DNA of 64,000 nt from Vicugna vicugna (taxonomy: Eukaryota), in the NCBI GenBank assembly GCA_013265495.1, contig MU057555.1:1-64000 (forward strand), in the 5' to 3' direction. A model generated the notes under the pieces. That model did not search any database and was not told where the DNA came from. It was given only the letters and a program-made list of their open reading frames with translations. Made by a program: the position numbers and the translations under genes. Positions 38,098 through 50,625 of the stretch are shown one piece after another (position 1 is the stretch's first letter; each line of letters starts with the position of its first letter).

Positions 38098-41000
38098 AGG
38101 AGACCCTTTCCCTTGTTACTGGCTGCCCACGTCCTCCCTCCATCTCCCTTTGCCCTTGGTGTGCCCCATTTGCCCCCTCTGTACTGGGGTCCTCCCTTTA
38201 GCAGGCACGGGGTCCAGACCAAGGATACCTCCCTGGGTGGGCCAAGGGCAGGCTCAGGGAGGAGGTGGAAGCAGACCTGGGGCGGAGGGCTCCTGCCTCC
38301 CTTTGTTTCCCCACAGGTCCCTCCTTTTGCCTCCATCAGTAGTGGTATTTCACGTTCATTCCCTCTCTGATGTGAATTCTGCTCTGATAGGACTTCCTAG
38401 CCTCTGGGCATCTCTGAAACATTCAGGGTGGTGTTACCGCTGGCCCTGGGTCTGCATGTTCACTCTGCAGACAGCCATGGAGCACTGGTGTCTGTGATGC
38501 TGGGGTCGGTGCTGGGTCCCCTGCAAGAGGTGGATTCAGGGAGAGCCTGCATGCCCGCCTTCATCTCCCAGTGCTGCCGTGGGGTTGGGGGGGAGTCCTC
38601 GTCTGTTAACTACTGGGCTGGGCTTGGAGAAGCAGCTTACAGGTTGATGGGTCTGGGCTCTTTCCCTCCATCAACCTGCTGGGTGCTTTGCTCTGTACCA
38701 GGGTGTGTCCCTCCTCCTCTCTCCTTTGCTGGCCATTATCTGTCATCCCTTGTGGATCAGCAGCTGGGCAGCCAGTTGCCCTAGGCTTCAGTGCCCAGGC
38801 CCCATCTCTAGTTCTCCCTGGGCTGAGGGCAGGGCTAACATAGGTTCTCCTAGCGGTGCAAGGCAGAGAACACTGAGCACCTCACATTGGGGAGCACCCT
38901 GGAGGGCTTGGGGCTGCTTACCTGAGCCCAGCCTTCAGATCCCACTCTGCTGGTCTCTTGAGCACCAAATAAGCCCATGGACTCCTCCCTTCCCACAGCT
39001 TCATTGCCAGGCCATGAGCCCTACAGCAGCCAGACCTTGCCCTCACTCCCTGGGGAACCCCAGACAGCAGCCATGGAGGCGAGGTGTGTAGGGGTGGAAA
39101 AGACAGTACCGCCCGGGTCAGGGACCAAGAGTGGAATGTCCGATCTTGATGCTGGTCCTGGCCTGTCAGGTCTCTGTGGCCTAATCTGCTGCCCACATCC
39201 TCCCCAACCCCATCACCTTACTTGGGCCTAGTTCCCAGGGGCAGCCAAAGTGGACCTAGACCACGTGTGTGCCATGGGTGTGACTTGGCCTCTTCCTCTT
39301 CCATGTCACTCATGTCCTCCTCCCCTACACAGGTGACTCAAGTCAAAGGCTTGCCCCTTTGGATCTATGAAGGGTGGGTGAATGAGGAGAGAAGAGGGTG
39401 ATGTGGGGGGAGTGACATGTCTCCTCGCCTTGCCCCTGCCCACACCCCTACCCACAGCTTCAGAGCTGCTTCCTGGTCAGGCTTCTGTCTCCAACCATGT
39501 AGGGGTCTAGAGAATGACAGAGGAGGGAAAACCTCAGGATGGCCCCAGGTCCTGCATGTGCACACTGGCTCAAGAGGGTGGTATGGAGAGTGGAAGGAAG
39601 GAGGGGAAGATCCTAGAAGCTCCCTGGGCCCGACCCAGGCTGAGCCCCACCCTCCTCTGCCCTCTGGCTGCCCTACATTTTCAAGGACTTCCTTGGTCCT
39701 GAGTCTCCTGTTCGCAGAGACAGGGAGAGCCCCTCTGTGACCCGTTCCTAGCCCCCCATCCGTCTGCCGCTCCCCTCCTCAGGGTGTCTCAGGTTCTCGG
39801 ACTTGGATTTCAAGAGGCACAATAGTTACATTCTCCAGCTCTGATTGCTGCAGGCCAGGCCCCTGGTTCCCCTTGAGATTGGGTTTCTCATGCCCTGGAC
39901 ACTCCTGAATTGCAGAGGAGGTGGGGTGGGAGGTGTGCCACACTGGGTAGGGCCAGGGATCAGCTCCTGAATTTGGCCCTTCAGAGGATGACACCCCCAA
40001 GACAGAGTACAGCCCTGCCTGCTTCTCGAACCTCAGGCCTGGGGAGGGCTGGGGAAGGGGAAGGGCAGGCGCTCCCCTAGGGCTGGCCTCCCTAGACCTC
40101 AAAGGCCAGTGGTCTGGACAGAGCTGAAGGGGGTTCCTCTTAGTGGTGGCATGCTGAGCCCAGCTCTGGACACACTATCTCACTCCATCCCTGCTGAACA
40201 GCACGAAATGGCATCTCTGTGTGTGCATGTCTGGGTGTATGGGGAGTATGCACCCTAGTGTATACACGTGCCTGGGTACGCATGTGTGAGTGCGCTTGAG
40301 CTGGGCCTGTGCACCCCTCTCAACCCCCGAAAAACTTGCTCAATCTGTGATGTGCGTGGGGGCAGCCAGCCGGCAAGTTACACGTGGCCCCTTCCTCAGA
40401 GAGAATTTGTTTCGGGTGGGAGCCGAGGCAGAGCATTTGCTGCAGTGAGCAGGAATTCCTCCCTCACCTAGTAGGAGCCATAAATATCTCCCTGTCTATG
40501 GCTGGAAATATATATATATTAAAAACATGCTGTCAGTTGGGGTTTATGTGCAATTCTGGGCTCCTCCGGGCTGCTGGAGCTTCCCCTCTAGAGCTCTGAT
40601 GAAGAGGCAGAGCCCTCTTGGAAACATGCACATGTGTGCGCGCACAAACACACCACACAAACACATACGCATTTGTGCAAACAGGCAGGACTGGGAGAGG
40701 AAAGGGGGCTGAAGAGAGAGAAAGTGAAGGAAAAGAAAGGATAGAGAAAGGGGCATGAAGCCAAGACAGAGCAAAATGAGACCAGAAATAGGATTCCAGA
40801 GGGAAAGGCGAAGAGCTGAATAAAGGAAGTAGGGGGCTTCAAGAGCTGAGAAGAGGCAGAGAATGAGTAGAGCTGGTTGGGGGTGTGTGTGAGAAAAACA
40901 GTATTGCAGGGGCTTCATAGCTGTTCTAGGAGATATGGAGGGACCCAAGAAAGAGAGGGGCCCATTCTGCCAACTTTTGGCTGAGCCTGGCCCAGGTCTG

Positions 41001-44000
41001 GGTGTTGCAGGAAGCCTCCAGTCCACAAGCATTGACACAGGAGTGTGACTGAGGACGTGTGGGGATAAATGGGGCGGCCCTGGACCCATGAGCCAAATCC
41101 CATTTCAGAGCCTTGCTCTGCGGAGCTCACTTGGGCCCATGCTTAGACAGAGTCCAGATTCATCACCTGCCCCTGCATGAGCCTCCCTTCTGGAAGCCTC
41201 TGCAGTAGCCAGAGCCCCGAGGCACCACTAGCAGGTGAGGCCATTGCATGAGTAGCCCAAGTCCGGAGAGGAAGACAGCCAGCAGAGCATGCTCTCACAT
41301 GTGACACGAGCCAGCCTGAACACACCCCTACCCATCCTGGCAGCATCAAGAGCGAGTTGTGGCCTTCAAAATTCTCTCCACCCCCAAACCTGGACCAAGC
41401 AGGGACCTGATGTCTGTCCATCAAGGCATCCATCATCACACACAGTGGATGGACTTGGTTTTGAGGAAGCTGCATTTGATAGGCCAAGTGGAAGGAAGCT
41501 GAGAGCACAGAAGACATTTCCCTAGTCCTTAGCACCAGGATGTGGGAAAATGTTGAGTTGTCTCAGGGCTTAAGGGAGGTCGCAATGCCCCTGCCCCCTC
41601 CGTCACATCTCCAATCTCTCTAGGAAGTGAAGGCAGCCTCAGTCTCCAAAGAAAGGTGCAGACATGGAGGTTGGGGTTTAGTCAGGGCGGCCCTGAACTG
41701 GGGGTGTGTGTTTAGGGTCCCTACTGCTCTGGTAACCAGGCTAGAGAGAAAACCGAGACTGGAAAGCCTGCCAGGGGATGTACATGGCCCTGGAAGGCTG
41801 GGGAATCAGAGCAACAGCCTCGGGGGCGTGGGCCAGGCAGGAGATGATAAAAGATGGAGCCGGGCACCTGCCCGCCTTGTGCCAGCCAACACTTTCCCTG
41901 CCCCTCCACTGGCCCACAGGCCACCAGCTGGTCCATTATCCCCAGTGAGAAAGCAGACACTGGAGGGGGGCTCCCGTGTGGCAAGAGCTCACTCATGCAC
42001 GCCCTCCTGGTAGGGATGCCAGGGGAGAACCACCCTGTGCTGGTGCTGGGTCGGGGCGAGGGGAGAAGGGGGGTGGCAGGGAGAGGAGCTCTCACTGTGC
42101 AGCAGTCAGGTCTCCTCCTGTGCTGTTGGCAGGGGGCAGTGCGTGGGGCCTGCGAACAGGAGATAAAGAGTTCAGGCAGAGGGTTTTCTCTCACTAACCG
42201 TGGATTTGTGTGTTTGTTCAGCTGGTGGCTCTGATAAGCCCCATTCTGCTAGATAAAAGCCAAGCAGCCATGAGGCGGGGCCTGGGGAGGGGTGTCATAA
42301 AGGGGCCTGCCTTCTTTCTGTCCCAAGGCCTGGAGTTATCCCTTCCTTTCCCCAGGGAGCCCAGACAGAGAAGGGAGTCAAGGCGACAGGGTGTTGTGCT
42401 CCCTGATGTGCAGCCTGGAGTACAGCTCCTGATCCCCAGGGGCTGTCCAGAGCAGGCCCTGGCCTCAGGGTGCAGCTCCCCAAAGAGCCCATCACTGAGA
42501 AAGCTGGCTCAACTTGCTCCCACCTCTGGGTGAGGAGGGCATCTCCTCACCCTCCCCAGGAGCCTGTCCCCCACAGGCCCAGTAGCCTGTCTGGGCCCTG
42601 CAGCCCCCTCCCCCTCTCTGCCCAAGGTGAGCCTCCAAGCTGACTGGGTGGACAAGGTCCTGCCCCCATCATACCCCTTGCTGTCCTGAAGATCCTGTCA
42701 CCTTGTTGGGGCAGGAGTGTACTTGGCGAACTAGTTGAGGCCCTGGCCTGGGGATGGCCTGTGGGGACCTCAGCCATGTTTGAGCGGATCTTGGTGTCCC
42801 CAGGCCCCTAGCCTCAGCCCTCACTGTCCTTTCCGCTTGGCATTGGTCAGTAGGATGAAGGAGGTGCCGCTCGAACAGGATGGCAGGGCGCTAGCCACAG
42901 CTGCCCGTGCTGCAGGGCTGGCTTTTCTGCCTCCGAGCCTGGGTCCGGATTTCCAGTGTCTCTGCCTTTTGTCCTGGAGCTGAACTGAGCATGCGGGGGG
43001 CCGGCGGTGGTGGCATTGTGGGGACGCTGGCTGGGGCCGCCAGCCATAAGATGGCTGCCAAGGGCTAAAATGGCTGCCAGCAGCGCCCGGAGCAGCGCCC
43101 GGGAGGCGCGTGGCAGCGGGCCTTGCCCGCGCCGGATCCTCGCCCCTGCTTTCTCCTTAACATGGAGCTAATAGTACTAATAGCAATAATATTTCAGGGC
43201 AGTGTCCTGGTTTAGAAGGATTTCCTGTCTGTCGCGCTCTCCTGGAGCCCCATTTGTCTCTGCCTCAGTCGCTGGCCCACCTCCATCTCTTTGTCGGGTT
43301 CTCGCTCGTCTTTCTGTCCCTGGGCTGGGTGTGCGCACGCGCAGCTTTCTGTTTCCACCTGGCCATTTTCGAAGGGCCGGGACCACTCTCATAGGGTGGA
43401 CTCCAGGGCCTCGTCCATCTCCCCCAACTCCACTCTCTCAGGTCTGGAGAACTCCGTGGGGACTGAGTTGGTCCCGAGACAAGTGGGGTCGGCAGCAGGG
43501 ACCGTTGACTGTGTGCTCCTTGCTGGCCTCCACATGGTGGTCCTGCAGCTCGCCGTGCTCTTCCTGAGTTATGAATCTGGGGAAGGACAGCCCTGAGAGG
43601 CATCAGGCTCAGAACCTTGGTCCAAGGAGGCCCTAAGGTGGGCTACCTACTGCCTCAGCCCCTCAGCTGCTCCTTCCTGCACCGGCTGGGGCTTGAATCA
43701 GACCCAGAGAGCCAGGAATCAGCCAAGGTGAGAGAGCAAGAAAATTCACATCCACAGAGAGGTTGCCCTCCTGGGTGCACGGGAGAAGGTCTGGGGGCTC
43801 TCTCCAGAGCAGAGTGACACTAGCAGAGTGGTGGTCCGGGCTGATATTCCCCGTCCCTAAACACACCATGGGGGTGAGTGCAAAGGGAGGTGTGGAAGGA
43901 CACACCCGAAACCTAAGAGAGTGAGGGGCCCTATTAGCACTTTCCTTCTAAACCTCCATTTTCTTGATTTGTGGCAAGATTTATAATTTTTTTTTGAAAT

Positions 44001-45019
44001 TAGAAAAAAATGAAACAAGATAAAGGATGGGGTAAGTGGGGCCTGAAACTATCCTGGGGGCAGCCTGTCCTTTTCCCACCGGCCACTTTGAGGCAGGAGG
44101 CTAGGAACTTGGCCCAAGCTGTGGTAGGGCCTTGGCATTGAGAAGGCTACTGTTCTGCCCACCAGCCCCAGCACCCAGGGTGAGGCTCGCTCTCCCCTCC
44201 CAAGTGACTGTAGGGTCCCCCCACCTCTATCTCTTGGGCCCATGTTGCTCTTCAGGAACCTCCTTGCTGGTCACTCCCCAACATGAGCAGCTTGACTGGG
44301 AGGCTGGTAGGGGTTAGACTCCCCAACCAGCAGGCTGACTGCAGGGTGGTGGGCAAGACCCAGGAGGCAGGGTCACTCCAAAGAGTTGAGTGAAGCCCTG
44401 GCCAATACCAGGGCCCAGTTTTCCGAGGCCACCTCATGTAGTCCCCCTGTGAGCAGCTGATTCTTTACCGAATGCCTGCGTTTCTCCTGCCCCACAACCT
44501 GCCCTGGCCCCCCTCCGCCACCCTCTCGCCAGCTGTCGTGCCCAGGCAGGCATTCTGGAGGTCCCCGTTGTGCCCCTGGCACACAAAGCTTTGAGGATCT
44601 GGGGGGCAAGGGCGGGGGGCTTTCCCAAGCTCAGCAAAATATTCACACACACACTCCACCCTGCCCCCAGCCCTCTGTGAGCTCCCACCACACAATGGGC
44701 CCTTGTCTCGGGGCTCCCTCTGAGCAGCTGTGGCACTGGGGCATGAGACAGCCCAGACAGGCTGGCACAGAGCGGGCGACAGCGTCAGGGCAAACCTCCC
44801 CCCTCCGTGTTGCCAGGCACTGCCTGTAAGCATAAAGGTGAGGTGGGGGTGGCGCAGGCAGACAGGACTGGCTCTAATTAATGAAGTGAGGGAAGGAAGG
44901 GGCTGCTCCTCTGGAGCTTGAGCTGAGTAGAGAATGGGGGACCCTTGGGTCCATCCCAGCTGTGCAAAGAGACAGTCGCTGACTTCTCTCCTGGGCACCT
45001 CCTTGCCCTGACTCTCGGC

Positions 45020-45180
45020 CAGTGCTGCTCAGCCATGGGCAACTTGCCCCGTGGGCACATCAGGCAATGTTTGGAGACCGGTTTTTCAGTTGTCAACTGG
45101 GGTGCTACTGGCATCTAGTGGGTGGAGGCTAGAGATGCTGCCAAACACTCTGCAGTACCCAGGATAGCCCCACCACACAG
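45020..45180 (+). mobile_element. MER20-like element (partial), ~150 nt upstream of exon 3
   Basis: ggcaatgtttggagac...ggggtgctactggcatctagtgggtggaggctagagatgctgccaaaca. Confidence 0.8.
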
Positions 45181-45328
45181 CCATGGTAGTTTCTTCCCCC
45201 TCCCTTGCTGTCCTCAGTCTCTCTGGGCTGCTCAGGGCTGAAGCTGTTTACAGGGCTGGAGGGGCAGTTGCTTGTCTGCTGTGGGGCACTTTGGTCTTGA
45301 CTCATCCCCTCCTTTGTGTCTCCTGCAG

Positions 45329-45391
45329 AATCCGGACAATCAGATAGTTCAAACCAGCAAGGAGATGCGGACATCAAACCACTGCCCAACG
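45329..45391 (+). CDS. NFIX: NFIX exon 3 (63 nt), [21 protein letters not shown]
   Basis: tcctgcag|AATCCG acceptor, AACG|gtcagt donor; phase 1-1 continues exon 2. Confidence 0.97.
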
Positions 45392-45728
45392 GTCAGTGCC
45401 CCCTGTCCTCCTGCCATACCTAGCCTCCCTGGCCTGCTGTGCCCCCCACATCCTCCCCACACCCTTCTCTGCTCTCCCTCGCCCTGGCGGACCTACTCCT
45501 GCTGTTCGCCTTCACTCAGTCCTTTGACTAAAGTCGGGCTGCTGTCCTGAAGGGAGCGTACCCCCAGTTAGAGGCCACGGACACCTGAGGACCCCTACCA
45601 CGAGGGCCAGCCTGAGACTGGGACGTGGAGCATGAGATGCAGCAAGTGAGGGTGGGGAGCGCTTTGGGGAAACAGGCAGGCAACCCCTCCTGGCCCTTTC
45701 TCACTCACTTGCCCTTTTCCTTCCTCAG

Positions 45729-45803
45729 GGCACTTAAGTTTCCAGGACTGTTTTGTGACTTCCGGGGTCTGGAATGTGACGGAGCTGGTGAGAGTATCAC
45801 AGA
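45729..45803 (+). CDS. NFIX: NFIX exon 4 (75 nt), [25 protein letters not shown]
   Basis: ttcctcag|GGCAC acceptor, CAGA|gtgagt donor; NFI-family FVTSGV..V.EL.RVS motif. Confidence 0.97.
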
Positions 45804-46158
45804 GTGAGTCCTACCTTCTGGGCCAGGGCTGAGTCGACAGGGGTAGGGGTGAGGCGATGGGACTTGGACTCCATGTAGACCCCCCACTGACGGGGTCTTG
45901 GCTGGGGAGGGGGCAGACAGTCTTCCTGGGACACTCTCTGCCTCATTGGCACCGGGCTAGGTGGAATGGAGGCATTCAGAGAACCCCACCTCTAACCTCC
46001 ACTGCTTTGGAGGAAAAATTTACTTCCAAAGGCTCTTCCCAACCACCTCCAGCCCCGAGATTTCCTTAGTAAGCCTTCACAGTGAACTCACCCCAGGGCT
46101 TCTGGGGAGCTGCTCATAACAACAAAACAGGCCCCACTGGACCTCCCACACTTTCTAA

Positions 46159-46308
<150 letters not shown>

Positions 46309-46920
46309 TGAGCCCAGCCCCCTAGGCCAGCTCGGTGCTTCGGGCAGCTATACCTCTGTGGCCTGGGTGCTTCAGAACATCACCCTGTGTTGAGGGTGCT
46401 GGCTCCAGAGCCAGAGCCCACTGTGCTCCCCATCCCCTGAGCCTCCTGCTTTGTGCTGTCCCAGGCACTCGGCCCTGGGAACACAAACCCATATAAGGCA
46501 TGGCTCTGCCTAGAAGGTGCTCCCTTTGGGGACTGGAGAAGGCCTCTCTCGGGGACATGACACTTGAGTCCAGACATACGGGGGCTGCTACAGGCATGAG
46601 TTGGATGCTCCAGGTAGAGAGAGCAGCCTCCATCCCAAACAAGGCTGCACGAGCTGGCGAGACTACCCCACTGAGGACTTTAGAGGCCAGAGGAAGGTGT
46701 TTAGACTTAAAACCCCCTGAAAAGTTTTAAGTAGAAGATGCTGGGGATATGTGTTCCAGAAAGCACTTCTAGAAACAATGTGCGTGGGCGGGACTGACAA
46801 CCAGTTAGAGGCCATTCTGCCAGGCTGGAGGGGAGGAGGCCCTGAGTCAGGTAGGGGATTGGCATGAGTGGGAGGGATGGAGTTGAGAGATGTTTGGGAG
46901 GTAGACACAGTAGGCCCTGG

Positions 46921-47160
46921 TCAGGGCCAGTCATGCAGGGCAGGGTGGGATCCTGTCCCTTTTTTAAAAAACTTGGACATTTTCGTTCATTGTGAGGTTT
47001 AGGCATTCATTTTGCTATGTTAAAATATTGCATTAAAATATATTTTCACATTTAATCCTACTTTAATATAAAATAACATAATATCTTGATGACTGAGTTT
47101 TGTGTCACCTCCTGGCATCTTTGTCCCTGGCCAGTGCCTCACTTGCCTTGCCCTGGCCAT
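46921..47160 (-). mobile_element. MER96-like hAT element
   Basis: aaatattgcattaaaat...tatcttgatgactgagttt...gtgcctcacttgccttgccctgg. Confidence 0.6.
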
Positions 47161-47458
47161 GGGAGCCGATGGTAAATAGAAGGTGGGGAGAGACCAGGGA
47201 AGCAGCTGGGGGTTTTGCCCACTTCTTTGACCTGGGCAGCTTGGCAGATGATGGTATCGTGGACTGAGAAGGGGCTCGAGGAGAAGGAGTGGGCGGGCTG
47301 GGCCTGCAGGGCTCTACGTCTGGTCTCGGGAGGTAGGCACACAGCGAGTGCCCTGCAGTGCTGATGTCGGCGGGCACCCGCTCCCCACGTGGAGAGCCAT
47401 CAGCGCTGGCTTCCTTAGCTTGAGTACCAGTACCTCGGCTCACCCTTGGCCCACCTGA

Positions 47459-47644
<186 letters not shown>

Positions 47645-47962
47645 TAAGGGCAGCGTGGAGGCTCTTCTTCCCTCTTAGATTGCCTGGCAAGCCTCCCACC
47701 GGTTCCTCCTGCTATCAGTGGTACTACCTGTCTTCTCACCTCCCGATCTTGCAGAGCAGGGCAGACCAGGAGAGCAGAGGCAAGGAGCTGGCCTGTCACT
47801 AAGTGGGCAGTAGAGCCCACAGCCATGGCAGAAGGAAAGCAGAGGCCCTGGCACTGAGCCTCTGGTCCCCTGCAGTGGGGGCTGGGGCCTCCTCTTCAGA
47901 CCCTCCTCTCTTGGTGTTTCTCTAGAGAGGTTGCCCCAGCCCTACGATCTTTATGGTTTAAA

Positions 47963-48168
47963 GCACATTCTCAAACTGGGCACTACTGGCAGCGTTCTCT
48001 GTGGTGGGGCCATTCTGTGTACTACAGGGTGTTGAGCAGCTGCCCTGGCCTCCACCTACTAGATGCCAATAGCTAACCTCTTCACCAGCTGTGATGACGG
48101 AAAATGTCTCTGGACATTGCTGATCGTCCTCTGGGAGGGACAGAATCTTCCTAAGTTTAGAACCACTG
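47963..48168 (-). mobile_element. MER20-like element
   Basis: ggcctccacctactagatgccaatagc...aaaatgtctctggacattgc...ttagaaccactg. Confidence 0.8.
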
Positions 48169-50439
48169 GTCTAAAGGGCCCAGCTTCACAGAGAGGAGCA
48201 GAGCCTAGTGCAGAGGGAGCAGAACGGCTGTCAGGCCTCCCAGTCCTCTCTAACCATCCTCTTCCTGGTGAATCCACCCACATTTACCTCCAGTCTTGAT
48301 GGGAGGTGTGGGCACACCTGGAGAGCCCAGCTGGAATTGAGGGAGGGGTGTGCATGTGTGTGTGGTACACGGGTGTGTATAAGGAGGCTGCCTGCAGGAT
48401 GCTTCTGCCTAACACACTGTTGGTGCAGCCTGTGTGTGTCCTCAAGGTATGGATGTCTTGGGACCAGGAAGTGCAGACTTGCATGTATAGGATGCACATG
48501 GGGTATGTCTGCTTTGGTCAAGCGTGGGGACAGGGGCTTTGTTCTCTGATGCAGGAAGATGAGGGTCTACCTGATGGTGTTTTGCTTGGTGTTTTCTAGA
48601 TGTTCACCTACCGGGAAGGGCCTAGTGGATAGGCAGGGACCGGGACCCGAGAATAAGCAAGACTAAAGGGCGGGGAGGTGCTTCTGCTTTCCTGCTGCCC
48701 CAGATGAGCCTCCTGCTTCTGCTCTCAGAAACCTGGGAGGAGGAGAGGAGGGCTTGGGCTGAGGAAGAGGGCTAGACCACTAGCAAAGCTCAACTTGCGA
48801 GACAGCACTCCAGCATGACACTGGGTGCCTCTCCCAGGGTTTTCTCATGGCCAGCCAGGACCTGGGCCAGCACTGCCCAGATGCTTCCCTGGGGGAACCT
48901 CGGGAGATGCAGAGAGAAGGGGATGACAAGGGCCCGAAGACTCCCCAGCTAGGGCCTCAGTTAAATGTTTCCTCAAGGACTCCTGTGCCTTGAGGGCTGT
49001 GTCCACTGCTGGATCCTGGAGCATGGGCCCCCAGGTCCCTCTGCCCAGAAGTGATTCCTGAGGAGCCCTCCCCTCCCCAGTTCCCACTCTCTCCTTTCTT
49101 GGCTGTCTGCTGTTAAGCCTCCCTGTTTCTGCTTCTGGCAGTCCTGCCATGCATGGGCCCCCAACATCCTCCTGCAGCACCCCTAGTTCCCTTGCTTTCT
49201 CCTCTTTTAGTCCGTACTCACCCCCTCCCCCAACCAACCCTGTGTTGTTTCCCTGTGCAGGGACAAATCGCCAATTAAGCAGCCCAGCTGCAGGACTGGG
49301 AACAGCTGGGGAGGCGCTATGCGGCCGTGGGGACAGCTGTGCACAGCTGGTGGGGGCACTCCCCCGCCCCCCATCGTGCCAGCTATCAGGTGGCACACAG
49401 CTGCCGCCAGATAACACCTCTGCTGGCGGCTGGGAGTTCGCCCTTCCCCCCACCCCTTCCCTCTGTGGTTAAGACAGCTCTTATTTCTCTGTTCTGCAGC
49501 CGCCCCCCACCCCCACCACTCCATCCAAACTGATTCAGTTTATGTCCCAAAGATGACAGTTCTGGAAACCTGCCTTGACTCTACCTTACTCCTCCCAGCC
49601 TGGGCACAGCCTTAGGACAGGAGACAGGAGGGACCTAGCCTGGGGGCCCTGCTTTGTCATAGCATCCTTTGGATGTCATGCCCACTGGGCAGAGATGACC
49701 TTGGTTGTCAGCATATCAGGCCTCTAGAAGCAGAATTCAAATGGGGTGTTCTCTGTGTCCCTTCCTCCTGCTGAATACGACCCCATCTCTGGTACCTGGA
49801 GCAAGCAAAGCCCAGGAACTACCCATCCTATGACAGTCCAGCATCTGGGTGCCCTGGCTGAGGGAGTTCTTTCCTGTCTAGCTGTGTCCCCAGCACCCAC
49901 CCAGGCCCTCCAGCCTCCTCCCTGCTCCCTTGTCAGATGTTGTTATCTCCACTGTGGTCCCTCCCAAGGGCTCGTGGTTATCCCCTGGCTTCTTCCCATC
50001 ATAGCCACCTATAGCCCAGGGCCCCATGGAGCAGACCCCAGCCTGTCCCTCCTCAGAGGCCTCCTCATTCTGCAGCTGGCTCCCCGGGGCTCCTCCCAGA
50101 CACCTTCCCTCCCTGTGACCTTGCATTCCCCCCTTTCATTCTATGCCCCTTGAGCTCGTTATCTGCTTGTCAGGTGGGCAATATGGGCCCCCTTGCTCAC
50201 TCCTGGCCCAGTGCACTGAAGGGCCTTATTTTCCTCCCCTGTCAGAAGCAACCGAGGCCCGGATGGTCTGCACACAGGGCCTGAGAAACAGAGCCATAAT
50301 CAGGCTAAGGAGGCAGAAGGGAGTCTGGTGGGGAAAGGGGCCGCCGGGAGGGGGCCCGAGGAGAGCAGGAGTGAGCTGCTGGCTTCCCACCTTCCCCTGC
50401 ACCCTCCCTAGCCCAGCTAAACCTGCCCTGTGTTGCTGA

Positions 50440-50625
<186 letters not shown>

